Part shown: positions 24,567 to 36,663 of the stretch, in pieces
Layout: every line of letters begins with the position of its first letter
Position numbering within the stretch: position 1 is the first letter of the stretch
Notes under the pieces: generated by a model
What the model was told of the DNA's origin: nothing
What the model saw: only the letters and a program-made list of their open reading frames with translations
The model's database searches: none
Source of the DNA: Octopus sinensis
Lineage: Eukaryota
NCBI RefSeq assembly: GCF_006345805.1
Contig: NC_043006.1
Span: forward strand, 81,220,001-81,284,000
Direction: 5' to 3'
DNA length: 64,000 bases
Position numbers and translations under genes: made by a program

Positions 24567-26752
24567 ATATATGTGTGTGTGTGCGTGTTTATGACTACCT
24601 GGATGGGTAGGACTCTAAGTCGTAAACAACAATGTCAGGAATGCAAAACTTTTATAGAATAGTCCGAAGACCGTTGTTGATGGAGTTTGAAGCAAGTGTC
24701 ACCTTCGGCTATCATCATCTTCAAAACAGACCCTGCTGATCCAACACAAGCTTTCACAACTGAAATTAAATCATATGTATGGGCAGCCTAACTGTTATTG
24801 GAACCTCATTATCCCGTATTCAACGGGATAATCCACTACATAAACGTGATGTGAAGAAAATTGAACATGAAATACTAAACTGCGGCTTTATTTCACCAGG
24901 AAATACACGTCGATGCTCACCATTACCTCTCTGTAGCGTGTATGTATGCATATATATATAATATATATATATAGGTTGGGAGTCTCTAGTCATGGTAGTA
25001 CGTGCTGAAGAAGCTAAGGTTCTATTTTACCAATGCAGAAACCGGTGTTTATAGTGATCAAATGTTAAATGATTCTCTCCATCAAATACACGTTTCCTGA
25101 ACAAGTGCACGGTGTGCCAAGCGTCACATATCGAAGTGATCGCGGAGCAACGTGAGATGAAGTGTTTTCTCAAGAACACTATGCAACATCCAGTCTAAGA
25201 ATTGAAATCACAATCGCTAGAGCAACACCCTAATCATTAAACCATGCGCAGTCATATATATTTTTATACATACACTGTGAAGACGTGTATTAGCAGTTAG
25301 GTTATTCGGTTAACGATCGTGTGTTTGATCATTATGCACCAAATATCACTGTATATTTTGAATACATTTTATTGCACAATTGTTCGGAAAAGAACTTGTA
25401 AATACCTCTCCAATAGACGACAGTCTAAGCTCTGTATTAAATTTGTCTTTAAATAATCTGTAATAAAGTTTATATGATTGAGAGTGAAAACATATATGTG
25501 CCTGAAGCATTACACTAAAATACGAATGTTAATTTCCTGAAAGCTATTGAAATACTTCTATAATGAATTACAATTTAACAAATTAACAGAGATTTTTTGT
25601 GAAAATAATTTGGACGAAAATTTTGTATTCCAATATAATAGTTTTTGAAAATTTAACGGTACATTTCAACCAACTCACTCTGCTGCTTATCTCAGAATCA
25701 ACACTTACCGATCAGTTCAACACTTATCGATCAAGTTCAATGTCGCTCAATCGATTTCCTTCCAGTTTTCTGATGGGATTATCCCGGAGTATGGTATTTA
25801 CATTATGTAATAAGCGTCATTTCTTCATTCCTGTTTTAAGCTGATGGAGTGTGATTTGAGTGAAGTATGGCTGCTATTCTTAGCAGGCTAATTGACCTCG
25901 AGGTGTTTCCTTTTGGTAATTCAAATAGTACATGGGAAATGTTAATTACTTAGTAATCTGAAATTACGATTTCACTCCTTAGCTGCAGTCTGGTGATTTA
26001 TATCACTGCAGCATTCAGTAAAGGAAATCCTCAGATAATTTCATTCTCCTGTTCATTGGTTTTGTAGTTTTTATCTGAAGTAAGGAATCCGTGTTTATTC
26101 AGAAAGATATTCGATTTTTTGAAGACGAAATCTTTCAAAGGAACGAAATTGGTTTTCAATATAAAATTACAAACGTTTTAAGTCGCATTTCCTTCTGGAC
26201 AAATTGATTAATTTCACCTACAATGAATTTGAGATGTAGCCTATACTCTTAGTTTACACTTCTGTATAAAATATGACTGTATTAAACGTCAGATTTTGTT
26301 TCCTTCTTTTTATTCCAAGAGTTCTAACTTGCAAACAATTGTTCGTATTTAAAGAAAACTATTCCGAATATAGATAAACAATAAAGTAGCCATATTTAAG
26401 GAAGAAGATAAATGCTAGAATTGTGCACAGTTTTGGTATTAAAAATATAATTTTGTATCTTTTAAATAGCAGTTCGCTATCATAGCATATACAAATTCTG
26501 TGGTGGTGAATTGATACTTTTTTTTACTCTTCTAGTCTTTTACTTGTTTCAGTCATTTTAGCTGCGGCCATGCTGGACCACCGCCTTTAGTCGAGCAAAT
26601 CGACCCCAGAACTTATTCTTTGTAGCCTAGTACTTATTCTATCGGTCACTTGTCGAACTGCTAAGTTACGGCGACGTAAACACACCACCATCAATTGTCA
26701 AGCGATGTTGGAGGCACAAACACAGATACACAAACACACACACACACACACA

Positions 26753-26787
<35 letters not shown>

Positions 26788-27176
26788 CACGACGGGCTTC
26801 TTTCAGTTTCCGTCTACGAAATTCACTCACAAGGCTTTGGGCGGCCCAAGGGTATAGTAGAAGACACTTGCACAAGGTATCACAAGTGGGACTAGACCCG
26901 GAACAATGTGGTTGGTAAGCAAGCTACGTACCACACAGCCACTCCTGCGCCTAGACATAATTAATAAAAACTAGCATTTCAGAATCAAAAACCTCATTGT
27001 TCAGTTATGATACAAGTAATGATAACACATAACATACACACACACACACATGTGTTAATTTATCTATTATAAGATTGCCTACTCTATTGTGTTGTTTTTT
27101 CCGATGACGGGTTTTATACTCTTTTTTTAATTTCTGGAAGGTATATCAAATCAAACGAGCATGTTCGTGTAGTAAG

Positions 27177-27178
<2 letters not shown>
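24146..27178 (+). repeat. 3.04-kb tandem segmental duplication, copy A
   Basis: Near-identical to 27211-30242; ORF-track pairs 25599/28638 and 24779/27818 are offset by 3039 bp. Both copies are bounded by (TA)n. Confidence 0.95.
26522..26951 (-). mobile_element. SINE family A (duplicated at 29562-29995)
   Basis: Head ends ACTCCTGCGCC at 26951; tail CTTTTACTTGTTTCAGTCATTT near 26540. Confidence 0.85.
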
Positions 27179-27210
<32 letters not shown>

Positions 27211-27213
<3 letters not shown>

Positions 27214-27543
27214 TGTGTGTGTATATGTATATATATATATATATATATATGTATATTTATATATATATATATATATATATAATAATAAATATTAGGGAAT
27301 AAATCCAAAATTACAGGGAAAAAATCAGATTTAGGATTAAATCCAATTTTATAGTAAAATATTATATAATATTAATTCGTTACTTTATTTATTTATTTAT
27401 TTACTATTTATTTATTTATTTATTTATTATTTACTTTATTTATTTATTATTTACTTTATATTAAAATTTTTTATGTATTGATTAAGTCTTTCCTTGTTTG
27501 ATTTGCAAAATAGTGGTTTTGTCTCGAATTATATTATATATAT

Positions 27544-27606
<63 letters not shown>

Positions 27607-29771
27607 ATATGTGTGTGTGTGCGTGTTTATGACTACCTGGATGGGTAGGACTCTAAGTCGTAAACAACAATGTCAGGAATGCAAAACTTTTATAGAATAG
27701 TCCGAAGACCGTTGTTGATGGAGTTTGAAGCAAGTGTCAACCTTCGGCTATCATCATCTTCAAAACAGACCCTGCTGATCCAACACAAGCTTTCACAACT
27801 GAAATTAAATCATATGTATGGGCAGCCTAACTGTTATTGGAACCTCATTATCCCGTATTCAACGGGATAATCCACTACATAAACGTGATGTGAAGAAAAT
27901 TGAACATGAAATACTAAACTGCGGCTTTATTTCACCAGGAAATACACGTCGATGCTCACCATTACCTCTCTGTAGCGTGTATGTATGCATATATATATAT
28001 ATATATATATATAGGTTGGGAGTCTCTAGTCATGGTAGTACGTGCTGAAGAAGCTAAGGTTCTATTTTACCAATGCAGAAACCGGTGTTTATAGTGATCA
28101 AATGTTAAATGATTCTCTCCATCAAATACACGTTTCCTGAACAAGTGCACGGTGTGCCAAGCGTCACATATCGAAGTGATCGCGGAGCAACGTGAGATGA
28201 AGTGTTTTCTCAAGAACACTATGCAACATCCAGTCTAAGAATTGAAATCACAATCGCTAGAGCAACACCCTAATCATTAAACCATGCGCAGTCATATATA
28301 TTTTTATACATACACTGTGAAGACGTGTATTAGCAGTTAGGTTATTCGGTTAACGATCGTGTGTTTGATCATTATGCACCAAATATCACTGTATATTTTG
28401 AATACATTTTATTGCACAATTGTTCGGAAAAGAACTTGTAAATACCTCTCCAATAGACGACAGTCTAAGCTCTGTATTAAATTTGTCTTTAAATAATCTG
28501 TAATAAAGTTTATATGATTGAGAGTGAAAACATATATGTGCCTGAAGCATTACACTAAAATACGAATGTTAATTTCCTGAAAGCTATTGAAATACTTCTA
28601 TAATGAATTACAATTTAACAATTAACAGAGATTTTTTGTGAAAATAATTTGGACGAAAATTTTGTATTCCAATATAATAGTTTTTGAAAATTTAACGGTA
28701 CATTTCAACCAACTCACTCTGCTGCTTATCTCAGAATCAACACTTACCGATCAGTTCAACACTTATCGATCAAGTTCAATGTCGCTCAATCGATTTCCTT
28801 CCAGTTTTCTGATGGGATTATCCCGGAGTATGGTATTTACATTATGTAATAAGCGTCATTTCTTCATTCCTGTTTTAAGCTGATGGAGTGTGATTTGAGT
28901 GAAGTATGGCTGCTATTCTTAGCAGGCTAATTGACCTCGAGGTGTTTCCTTTTGGTAATTCAAATAGTACATGGGAAATGTTAATTACTTAGTAATCTGA
29001 AATTACGATTTCACTCCTTAGCTGCAGTCTGGTGATTTATATCACTGCAGCATTCAGTAAAGGAAATCCTCAGATAATTTCATTCTCCTGTTCATTGGTT
29101 TTGTAGTTTTTATCTGAAGTAAGGAATCCGTGTTTATTCAGAAAGATATTCGATTTTTTGAAGACGAAATCTTTCAAAGGAACGAAATTGGTTTTCAATA
29201 TAAAATTACAAACGTTTTAAGTCGCATTTCCTTCTGGACAAATTGATTAATTTCACCTACAATGAAATTTGAGATGTAGCCTATACTCTTAGTTTACACT
29301 TCTGTATAAAATATGACTGTATTAAACGTCAGATTTTGTTTCCTTCTTTTTATTCCAAGAGTTCTAACTTGCAAACAATTGTTCGTATTTAAAGAAAACT
29401 ATTCCGAATATAGATAAACAATAAAGTAGCCATATTTAAGGAAGAAGATAAATGCTAGAATTGTGCACAGTTTTGGTATTAAAAATATAATTTTGTATCT
29501 TTTAAATAGCAGTTCGCTATCATAGCATATACAAATTCTGTGGTGGTGAATTGATACTTTTTTTTACTCTTCTAGTCTTTTACTTGTTTCAGTCATTTTA
29601 GCTGCGGCCATGCTGGACCACTGCCTTTAGTCGAGCAAATCGACCCCAGAACTTATTCTTTGTAAGCCTAGTACTTATTCTATCGGTCACTTGTCGAACT
29701 GCTAAGTTACGGCGACGTAAACACACCACCATCAATTGTCAAGCGATGTTGGAGGCACAAACACAGATACA

Positions 29772-29807
<36 letters not shown>

Positions 29808-30075
29808 ATATATATATATATATATATATATACACGACGGCTTCTTTCAGTTTCCGTCTACGAAATTCACTCACAGGCTTTGGGCGGCCCAAGGGTATAG
29901 TAGAAGAACACTTGCACAAGGTATCACAAGTGGGACTAGACCCGGAACAATGTGGTTGGTAAGCAAGCTACGTACCACACAGCCACTCCTGCGCCTAGAC
30001 ATAATTAATAAAAACTAGCATTTCAGAATCAAAAACCTCATTGTTCAGTTATGATACAAGTAATGATAACACATA

Positions 30076-30119
<44 letters not shown>

Positions 30120-30240
30120 GTTAATTTATCTATTATAAGATTGCCTACTCTATTGTTGTTTTTTTCCGATGACGGGTTTATACTCTTTTTTTAATTTCTG
30201 GAAGGTATATCAAATCAAACGAGCATGTTCGTGTAGTAAG

Positions 30241-30242
<2 letters not shown>
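27211..30242 (+). repeat. 3.04-kb tandem segmental duplication, copy B
   Basis: Matches 24146-27178; differences are mostly 1-bp indels and microsatellite length. Confidence 0.95.
29562..29995 (-). mobile_element. SINE family A, copy within duplication B
   Basis: Paralogue of 26522-26951. Confidence 0.85.
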
Positions 30243-30284
<42 letters not shown>

Positions 30285-30485
30285 GAATGTGGTGTGTGCG
30301 TTTACTTCTCTCTCTCTCTCTCTCTCTATATATAATATATTATATATATATATATATATAATATATAACTCCGAAACTCGGAGTTTTATTATGGCTACCG
30401 AATAATTGTCACATATTACATTTACATAATATCGAGGTCTCTTTTTTCTTTTGTTGTCGTACCACTTTTATGAATATATATATAA

Positions 30486-30712
30486 TGGCCTAGTGGTTAG
30501 GGCAGCGGACTCGCGGTCGCAGGATCGCGGTTTCGATTCTCAGACTGGGCGTTGTGTGTGTTTATTGAGCGAAAACACCTAAAAAGCTCTACGAGGCTCC
30601 GGCAGGGGGTGGTGATCCCTGCTGTACTCTTTCACCACAATGGCGGTGCCCCAGCATGGCCACAGCTCAAGAGCTGAAACTGGAAAACAAAAACAAACAA
30701 CAAACAAATATA
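30486..30712 (+). mobile_element. tRNA-derived SINE family D with CR1-derived tail
   Basis: Head TGGCCTAGTGGTTAGGGCAGCGGACTCGCGGTCGCAGGATCGCGGTTTCGATTC. Tail 30639-30685 matches LINE tail 57138-57184 at 46/47 nt and ends in (AAAC)n. Confidence 0.85.
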
Positions 30713-30731
30713 TGTGAGTGCGTGTGGTGTG

Positions 30732-30770
<39 letters not shown>

Positions 30771-30943
30771 TAAGAAAGTTGTTTGGTAAAGCACGTGGGT
30801 GAATATATAAAAATAGTAAAGTGTGAAAAAACGACAGAAGGCTTAAATGTTAAAAAATATATATATTTGTGTCAAAATGTCTGGAGAATATTGGAAAAAT
30901 TTTTTTTCCTTTCCTTAAAATGACATAATTTTAAAAATTTTTA

Positions 30944-30983
30944 AAGAAATTACCGGTTTCGCGTGTAGCTTTTCAAATTTCTT
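30944..30983 (-). ncRNA. Minimal type I hammerhead ribozyme, U3-A8 core variant
   Basis: Minus strand AAGAAAT-TTGAAAA-GC(TACAC)GC-GAAA-CCGG-TA-ATTTCTT: 7-bp stem I, G-C closed stem II, palindromic ACCGGT stem III, GUA cleavage triplet. Activity is predicted, not shown. Confidence 0.7.
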
Positions 30984-31119
30984 GTGACGTTATGTTTATA
31001 TTGCATGGAATTATCGTTGTTTTTATTTCCAGGAGATTTCTAAATAAGGGGAGGTAGTGAGTGATTTTTTCCGGTGTAGGGGAGATAATCGCTTAAAAAT
31101 TTTTTTTCCTTTTTCCTTG

Positions 31120-34100
31120 TTAATTTCTCTGTGTCAGTATGTTCGGATGGTTGAGTCTGGGTTTGTACTTTTCAATGAAGAATGTTTCCTTGTTCAGTCT
31201 CATTTGTGTTGATGATCCGAAGCACATTGGTAAAATGGGAAGAATAAAAATTGTGGCAGTAGTTGCTTTGCGCATTTCTCAATGTGCTCACTAAAAGGTA
31301 TCATTCTATATTCTGGGAATGCAATCTGTTGTCGATGCAGTGTGCATCTGCGCCTGAGTGATAGTCCCGTGGAACCCACGTAGTCTTGGTGGCAGCCCGA
31401 GCATTTAATAACATAAATTATGTTTTCAGAGGCACAAGTAAAGTTAGATTTGATCTTAAATTTCTGTCCCTCTTTAAAGAAGAATTCTGATCCTTCCAAT
31501 AGGTTAGGACATGTTGCACAGTTCGATCTACCACATTTTTTTACTTTTGCATCCGTAATTTTAGAAGACAATTTTGCCTTTGTGAGAATCTTTTTAAGTG
31601 ATTTAGGCTGTTTGTAGCTTTTAATGATTTGGTGTATGTTTAGAATTTCCTTTAATTTTGGGTTTTTATGAAGTATTGGTAAATTCTGGGTGATGATGGT
31701 GAAGGCTTCTTTGTTTCTGGGGTTGTATGTAGATATGTAAGGTAGTATTTTCGGGGAAGGTGTGTTGTTGTGTTGAACTTTTCTTAAAGTTTCTATGTTG
31801 ATTTCTGTTGCACGTCTGATCCCATCCTCTATGAGTTGAGCTGGGTAATGTCTGTCAATTAGGGTGTTTTTGAGTTCTTGCAGTCTAAAGTTCCTGGTAT
31901 TTTGTTCTGACACTATTGTGCATATCCTTCTTGCAAGGTTGAAGGGGATGTTTGTTTTAGTGTGTCTTGGGTGGCATGAATTAAAAAGAAGGTATTGTTT
32001 GGCGTCTGTGGCTTTGTAAAAAATGTCTGTTTCTATTTTAAGGTTAATTTTTTTAATTAGTATATCCAAGAACGGGAGCTCCTTTTGGTTGTATTCCATT
32101 GTGAACTGTATATTTGGGTTTATGCTGTTCAATAGGTTTTTAAATTTTAGGAGTTTATCTATGTTTTCATTCCAGAGAATGAAACAATCGTCTAGGAATC
32201 GTTTCCAATTCTCTTTTATGTATTGAGAGAGGGAGTTTCCAAGATTGATAGAGATTCCTGGTAAATGATTATTTCCATGTATCCCATTGTTAAGTTCGCA
32301 ATGACTGGTGCTGCCCTTGTACCCATAGCAATTCCGGATTTTTGACGGTAAAATGTATTGTCAAACATGAAGTGGTTATTGTGTAGGATGAATTCAATTG
32401 ATTTAGTAATGAATTCCTTACTGATCCTTTTTGGTATTTCTTCCGAAATTGGTCTAACCAGAATTGTATTGCCTCCAGTCCATAATTATGAGGAATACTG
32501 GTATACAAGTTGACTACATCAAATGAAACCAGGATTGTTTCTTCCTTGGTTTTTTTTGGGAGGTGGTTTAACATATCTAAGTCATCTCTGATATGGCTAT
32601 CGATATGTTTAAGGAAGGGTTTCAAGAGGATGTCCATAAGTAGACTTAGTCTGTTGTGTTTCACAGGTTGGGCCAGCTACAATGGGTCGTAGTTTTAGGT
32701 CCCCCGGATTAGGTGTGTGTATGTATGTCTTTGGTGATTTTTTAATGGTTTCATTTATAATTTGACTTTTATGAATTTTTGGCAGACCATAGAAAAGGCT
32801 AGGTTTGCATTTAAAGTTTGTTAGGAAATCAATCTCTTTGGTTGTCAGTTCCTTTTCATGGGTTTTAATTAGTGAAGATAGAGTTTTCATTACTTTTTGT
32901 GGTGTAGTTGGTAATTTTTTCATAATGTAGGTCTTCATCAAGCAAGGAAATTACAAGATTTCTGTAGTATGATGTATCCATTATTACAACTGCATTTCCC
33001 TTGTCCGCTTCCTTAATGGTTATATCTTCATCATTTTGGAGTTCTATCAGTTCTTTCCATTGTGTAGTGTTAAAATTTGGGTAACTTTCTGTTTATGTAT
33101 AGTATGGTAGGGGAAGTTCTCAATGTGGTTACAGAATTCGTCAAGATCTTTATTTCTTCCTCTGTGTGGGATGTGTTCACTTTTGTTCTTGACTAGTGAT
33201 TCATCTTCAGTATTGAAACTGTTTGATGCTTCTGCTAGTCTTAATTTTCTGCAAAATTCTGTTATATTATCCTTGAGTTCATTTAGGTTTGCTCTGCGTG
33301 GAGTTGGTGTAAATTTGAGCCCTTTTGCGAGGATGTCAATTTTTATGTTAGAAAGAGGTTTGGTTGAAAGATTATCTTCGGTTTTTCCTTTACTAGGTTC
33401 CAGCCTGTGTCCTGGTGTCCCTGGTCCCTGGCTAAAAAATGTTGGTGTAATTTTGTTTGGTATGAGTTGTCTGTGAGTTGTGTGGTATTTGGTCGGGGGA
33501 GTGGTGTATTGTTGCCTCCGATCGTTGTGTGTGTGGGGGAATCTATGGTTGTTATGCTTGTGGTGTGTGTGTAAAATTTCTGTATGGGGAATATTTTTGT
33601 TTCGAACTTCTTGTATGTGGGATGTTGCTTGACATAGTGTTTCTTTGCTTTGTCGTTGTCTTGTGTTTAGTGGGGACCAGTAGTTTTGGTTCATGGGGTA
33701 GTAGTTGATTTGGTGTGTGGTGTATTTCTTTTCCTAGTGTCGTTTGTGCTGTATGGTGGTTGGGTCTGGTATTAGGATGTTGTTGGTTTGTTCGGTTTTT
33801 GGTGTAATTTCTTTCATAGACGCGTCCTCTTTCAGCTAGTTCCTGTTAGGTCTAGCGTGGTTTGTAAAGGTTGGTTGTGGGTGATTTCTGTTTTTAGTGT
33901 ATGGAGGATAGTTGGGGGTTGTTCGTGGGTGTTAGGTTTTTCTTTTTTATTTATTGTAATTTTCTTAAGGAAGGGATTATTTGTACCCAATTCATTTTTG
34001 AAGTTTCACTATATTTTTGGAAGAAGTCCATGTTTTTCTCCCAGCGTAGGAGAGAATTTCTCTCTTCTCTCTCACAGGAATCCTTCCAGTGATCCAATGT

Positions 34101-34722
34101 ATTATCGAGGGGTTGTCCCTCGGTATATTTTAGTATTAGATTGTGCATCTCCTCGTCTATGCTTTTAAGTTTTTCTTCATTTGTGGAGGCCCTGAGTCTT
34201 AGAAGCTCTATTTCTGATTTAAAATTGAACAGAGCTGACTTTTCTCTAATAGATCTCTGTCCGTCAGGCTCGTTAGGAATTATTTTATCTGGAATTTGCG
34301 TGGGAGGATAATTGGTGTTGAGTTTATCCATCCCTCGTAGATATCTGCTTTGTTGGAATTTTTTATCATGTTCCAGTAGGTGAGTTTTCTGTTGTGCAGG
34401 TTTGTATTCCAAACGTTTCCTATTTTTCTTTTTGTTGGGTTGGTTTGGTGCGTATGGTGTCCTGCTGTGTTTCATTAGGTGCCTGTGTATTATTTTCGGA
34501 TTTGTTGATGAGAATTGAGTTCAGTGTTGTATATAACAGTTGTAGATCCTTACTCACCTGGTCAGTGTAACGGGTTGCATCTTCATTGCTTTTACTTTCC
34601 CGGGCGAGTAAGTTTGATTCCTCGATTTTGTTGTTCAGGTTAAGAAGCTGTGAATTAATATTTTTCAGTTCTTTGAGTATGTCCTCATTTAAGGTTTTGT
34701 CCGAGGTGTTTGACTTCTGTGG
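31120..34722 (-). pseudogene. PLE polyprotein (N-terminal extension, RT, Cys-rich linker, GIY-YIG endonuclease), broken by frameshifts; Neptune-like
   Basis: ORF-track pieces: KGLKFTPTP, FYGLPKIHK, LRPIVAG, SFDVVNLYTSIP, NSINPNIQFTME, CGRSNCATC linker, IIYVIKCSGCHQDYVGST. Manual translation adds ADKGNAVVIMD and RFLDDCF; stop after KPRLNHPNILTQRN at 31120-31122. Confidence 0.92.
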
Positions 34723-34724
34723 CA

Positions 34725-36306
34725 AATCCGGGGGACCTAAAACTACGACCCATTGTAGCTGGCCCAACCTGTGAAACACACAGACTAAGTCTACTTATGG
34801 ACATCCTCTTGAAACCCTTCCTTAAACATATCGATAGCCATATCAGAGATGACTTAGATATGTTAAACCACCTCCCAAAAAAAAACCAAGGAAGAAACAA
34901 TCCTGGTTTCATTTGATGTAGTCAACTTGTATATCAGTATTCCTCATAATTATGGACTGGAGGCAATACAATTCTGGTTAGACCAATTTCCGGAAGAAAT
35001 ACCAAAAAGGATCAGTAAGGAATTCATTACTAAATCAATTGAATTCATCCTACACAATAACCACTTCATGTTTGACAATACATTTACCGTCAAAAATCCG
35101 GAATTGCTATGGTACAAGGGCAGCACCAGTCATTGCGAACTTAACAATGGGATACATGGAAATAATCATTTACCAGGAATCTCTATCAATCTTTGGAAAC
35201 TCCCTCTCTCAATACATAAAAGAATTGGAAACGATTCTAGACGATTGTTTCATTCTCTGGAATGAAAACATAGATAAACTCCTAAAATTTAAAAACCTAT
35301 TGAACAGCATAAACCAAATATACAGTTCACAATGGAATACAACCAAAAGGAGCTCCCGTTCTTGGATATACTAATTAAAAAAATTAACCTTAAAATAGAA
35401 ACAGACATTTTTTACAAAGCCACAGACGCCAAACAATACCTTCTTTTTAATTCATGCCACCCAAGACACACTAAAACAAACATCCCCTTCAACCTTGCAA
35501 GAAGGATATGCACAATAGTGTCAGAACAAAATACCAGGAACTTTAGACTGCAAGAACTCAAAAACACCCTAATTGACAGACATTACCCAGCTCAACTCAT
35601 AGAGGATGGGATCAGACGTGCAACAGAAATCAACATAGAAACTTAAGAAAAGTTCAACACAACAACACACCTTCCCGAAAATACTACCTTACATATCTAC
35701 ATACACCCCAGAAACAAAGAAGCCTTCACCATCATCACCCAGAATTTACCAATACTTCATAAAACCCCAAAATTAAAGGAAATTCTAAACATACACCAAA
35801 TCATTAAAAGCTACAAACAGCCTAAATCACTTAAAAAGATTCTCACAAAGGCAAAATTGTCTTCTAAAATTACGGATGCAAAAGTAAAAAAATGTGGTAG
35901 ATCGAACTGTGCAACATGTCCTAACCTATTGGAAGGATCAGAATTCTTCTTTAAAGAGGGACAGAAATTAAGATCAAATCTAACTTTACTTGTGCCTCTG
36001 AAAACATAATTTTGTTATTAAATGCTCGGGCTGCCACCAAGACTACGTGGGTTCCACGGGACTATCACTCAGGCGCAGATGCACACTGCATCGACAACAG
36101 ATTGCATTCCCAGAATATAGAATGATACCTTTTAGTGAGCACATTGAGAAATGCGCAAAGCAACTACTGCCACAATTTTTAATCTTCCCATTTTACCAAT
36201 GTGCTTTCGGATCATCAACACAAATGAGACTGAACAAGGAAACATTCTTCATTGAAAAGTACAAACCCAGATCAACCATCCGAACATACTGACACAGAGA
36301 AATTAA
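34725..36306 (+). pseudogene. Inverted partial PLE ORF (RT from LRPIV motif to GIY-YIG and stop)
   Basis: ORFs 34710, 34927, 35039, 35332 and 36047 carry the same RT/EN peptides, with frameshifts at different positions from the minus copy. Confidence 0.9.
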
Positions 36307-36439
36307 CAAGGAAAAAGAGAAAAATTTTTAAGCGATTATCTCCCCTACACCGGAAAAATCACTCACTACCTCCCCTTATTTAGAAATCTCCTGGAAATAA
36401 AAACAACGATAATTCCATGCAATATAAACATAACGTCAC

Positions 36440-36478
36440 AAGAAATTTGAAAAGCTACACGCGAAACGGTAACTTCTT
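36440..36478 (+). ncRNA. Second copy of the PLE hammerhead (1-nt deletion in stem III, one stem I mismatch)
   Basis: AAGAAAT-TTGAAAA-GCTACACGC-GAAA-CGG-TA-ACTTCTT. Confidence 0.55.
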
Positions 36479-36614
36479 TAAAAATTTTAAAAATTATGTC
36501 ATTTTAAGGAAGGAAAAAAAAATTTTTCCAATATTCTCCAGACATTTTGACACAATATATATATATTTTTTAACATTTAACCTTCTGTCGTTTTTTCACA
36601 CTTTACTATTTTCT

Positions 36615-36663
<49 letters not shown>

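Larger units (their letters stand above)
30770..36620. mobile_element. Young Penelope-like element with inverted structure: ORF-bearing copy on minus (30770-34722) plus inverted 5'-truncated copy on plus (34725-36620)
   Basis: 34725-36620 is the near-exact reverse complement of 30770-32710. Both outer ends run into (TA)n. Confidence 0.93.

Noticed and set aside
30486-30550. Possible tRNA gene (also 11305-11380, 44116-44190)
   Set aside because: A/B boxes are present but no acceptor stem closes, and each runs into a SINE body or repeat tail; these are SINE heads.
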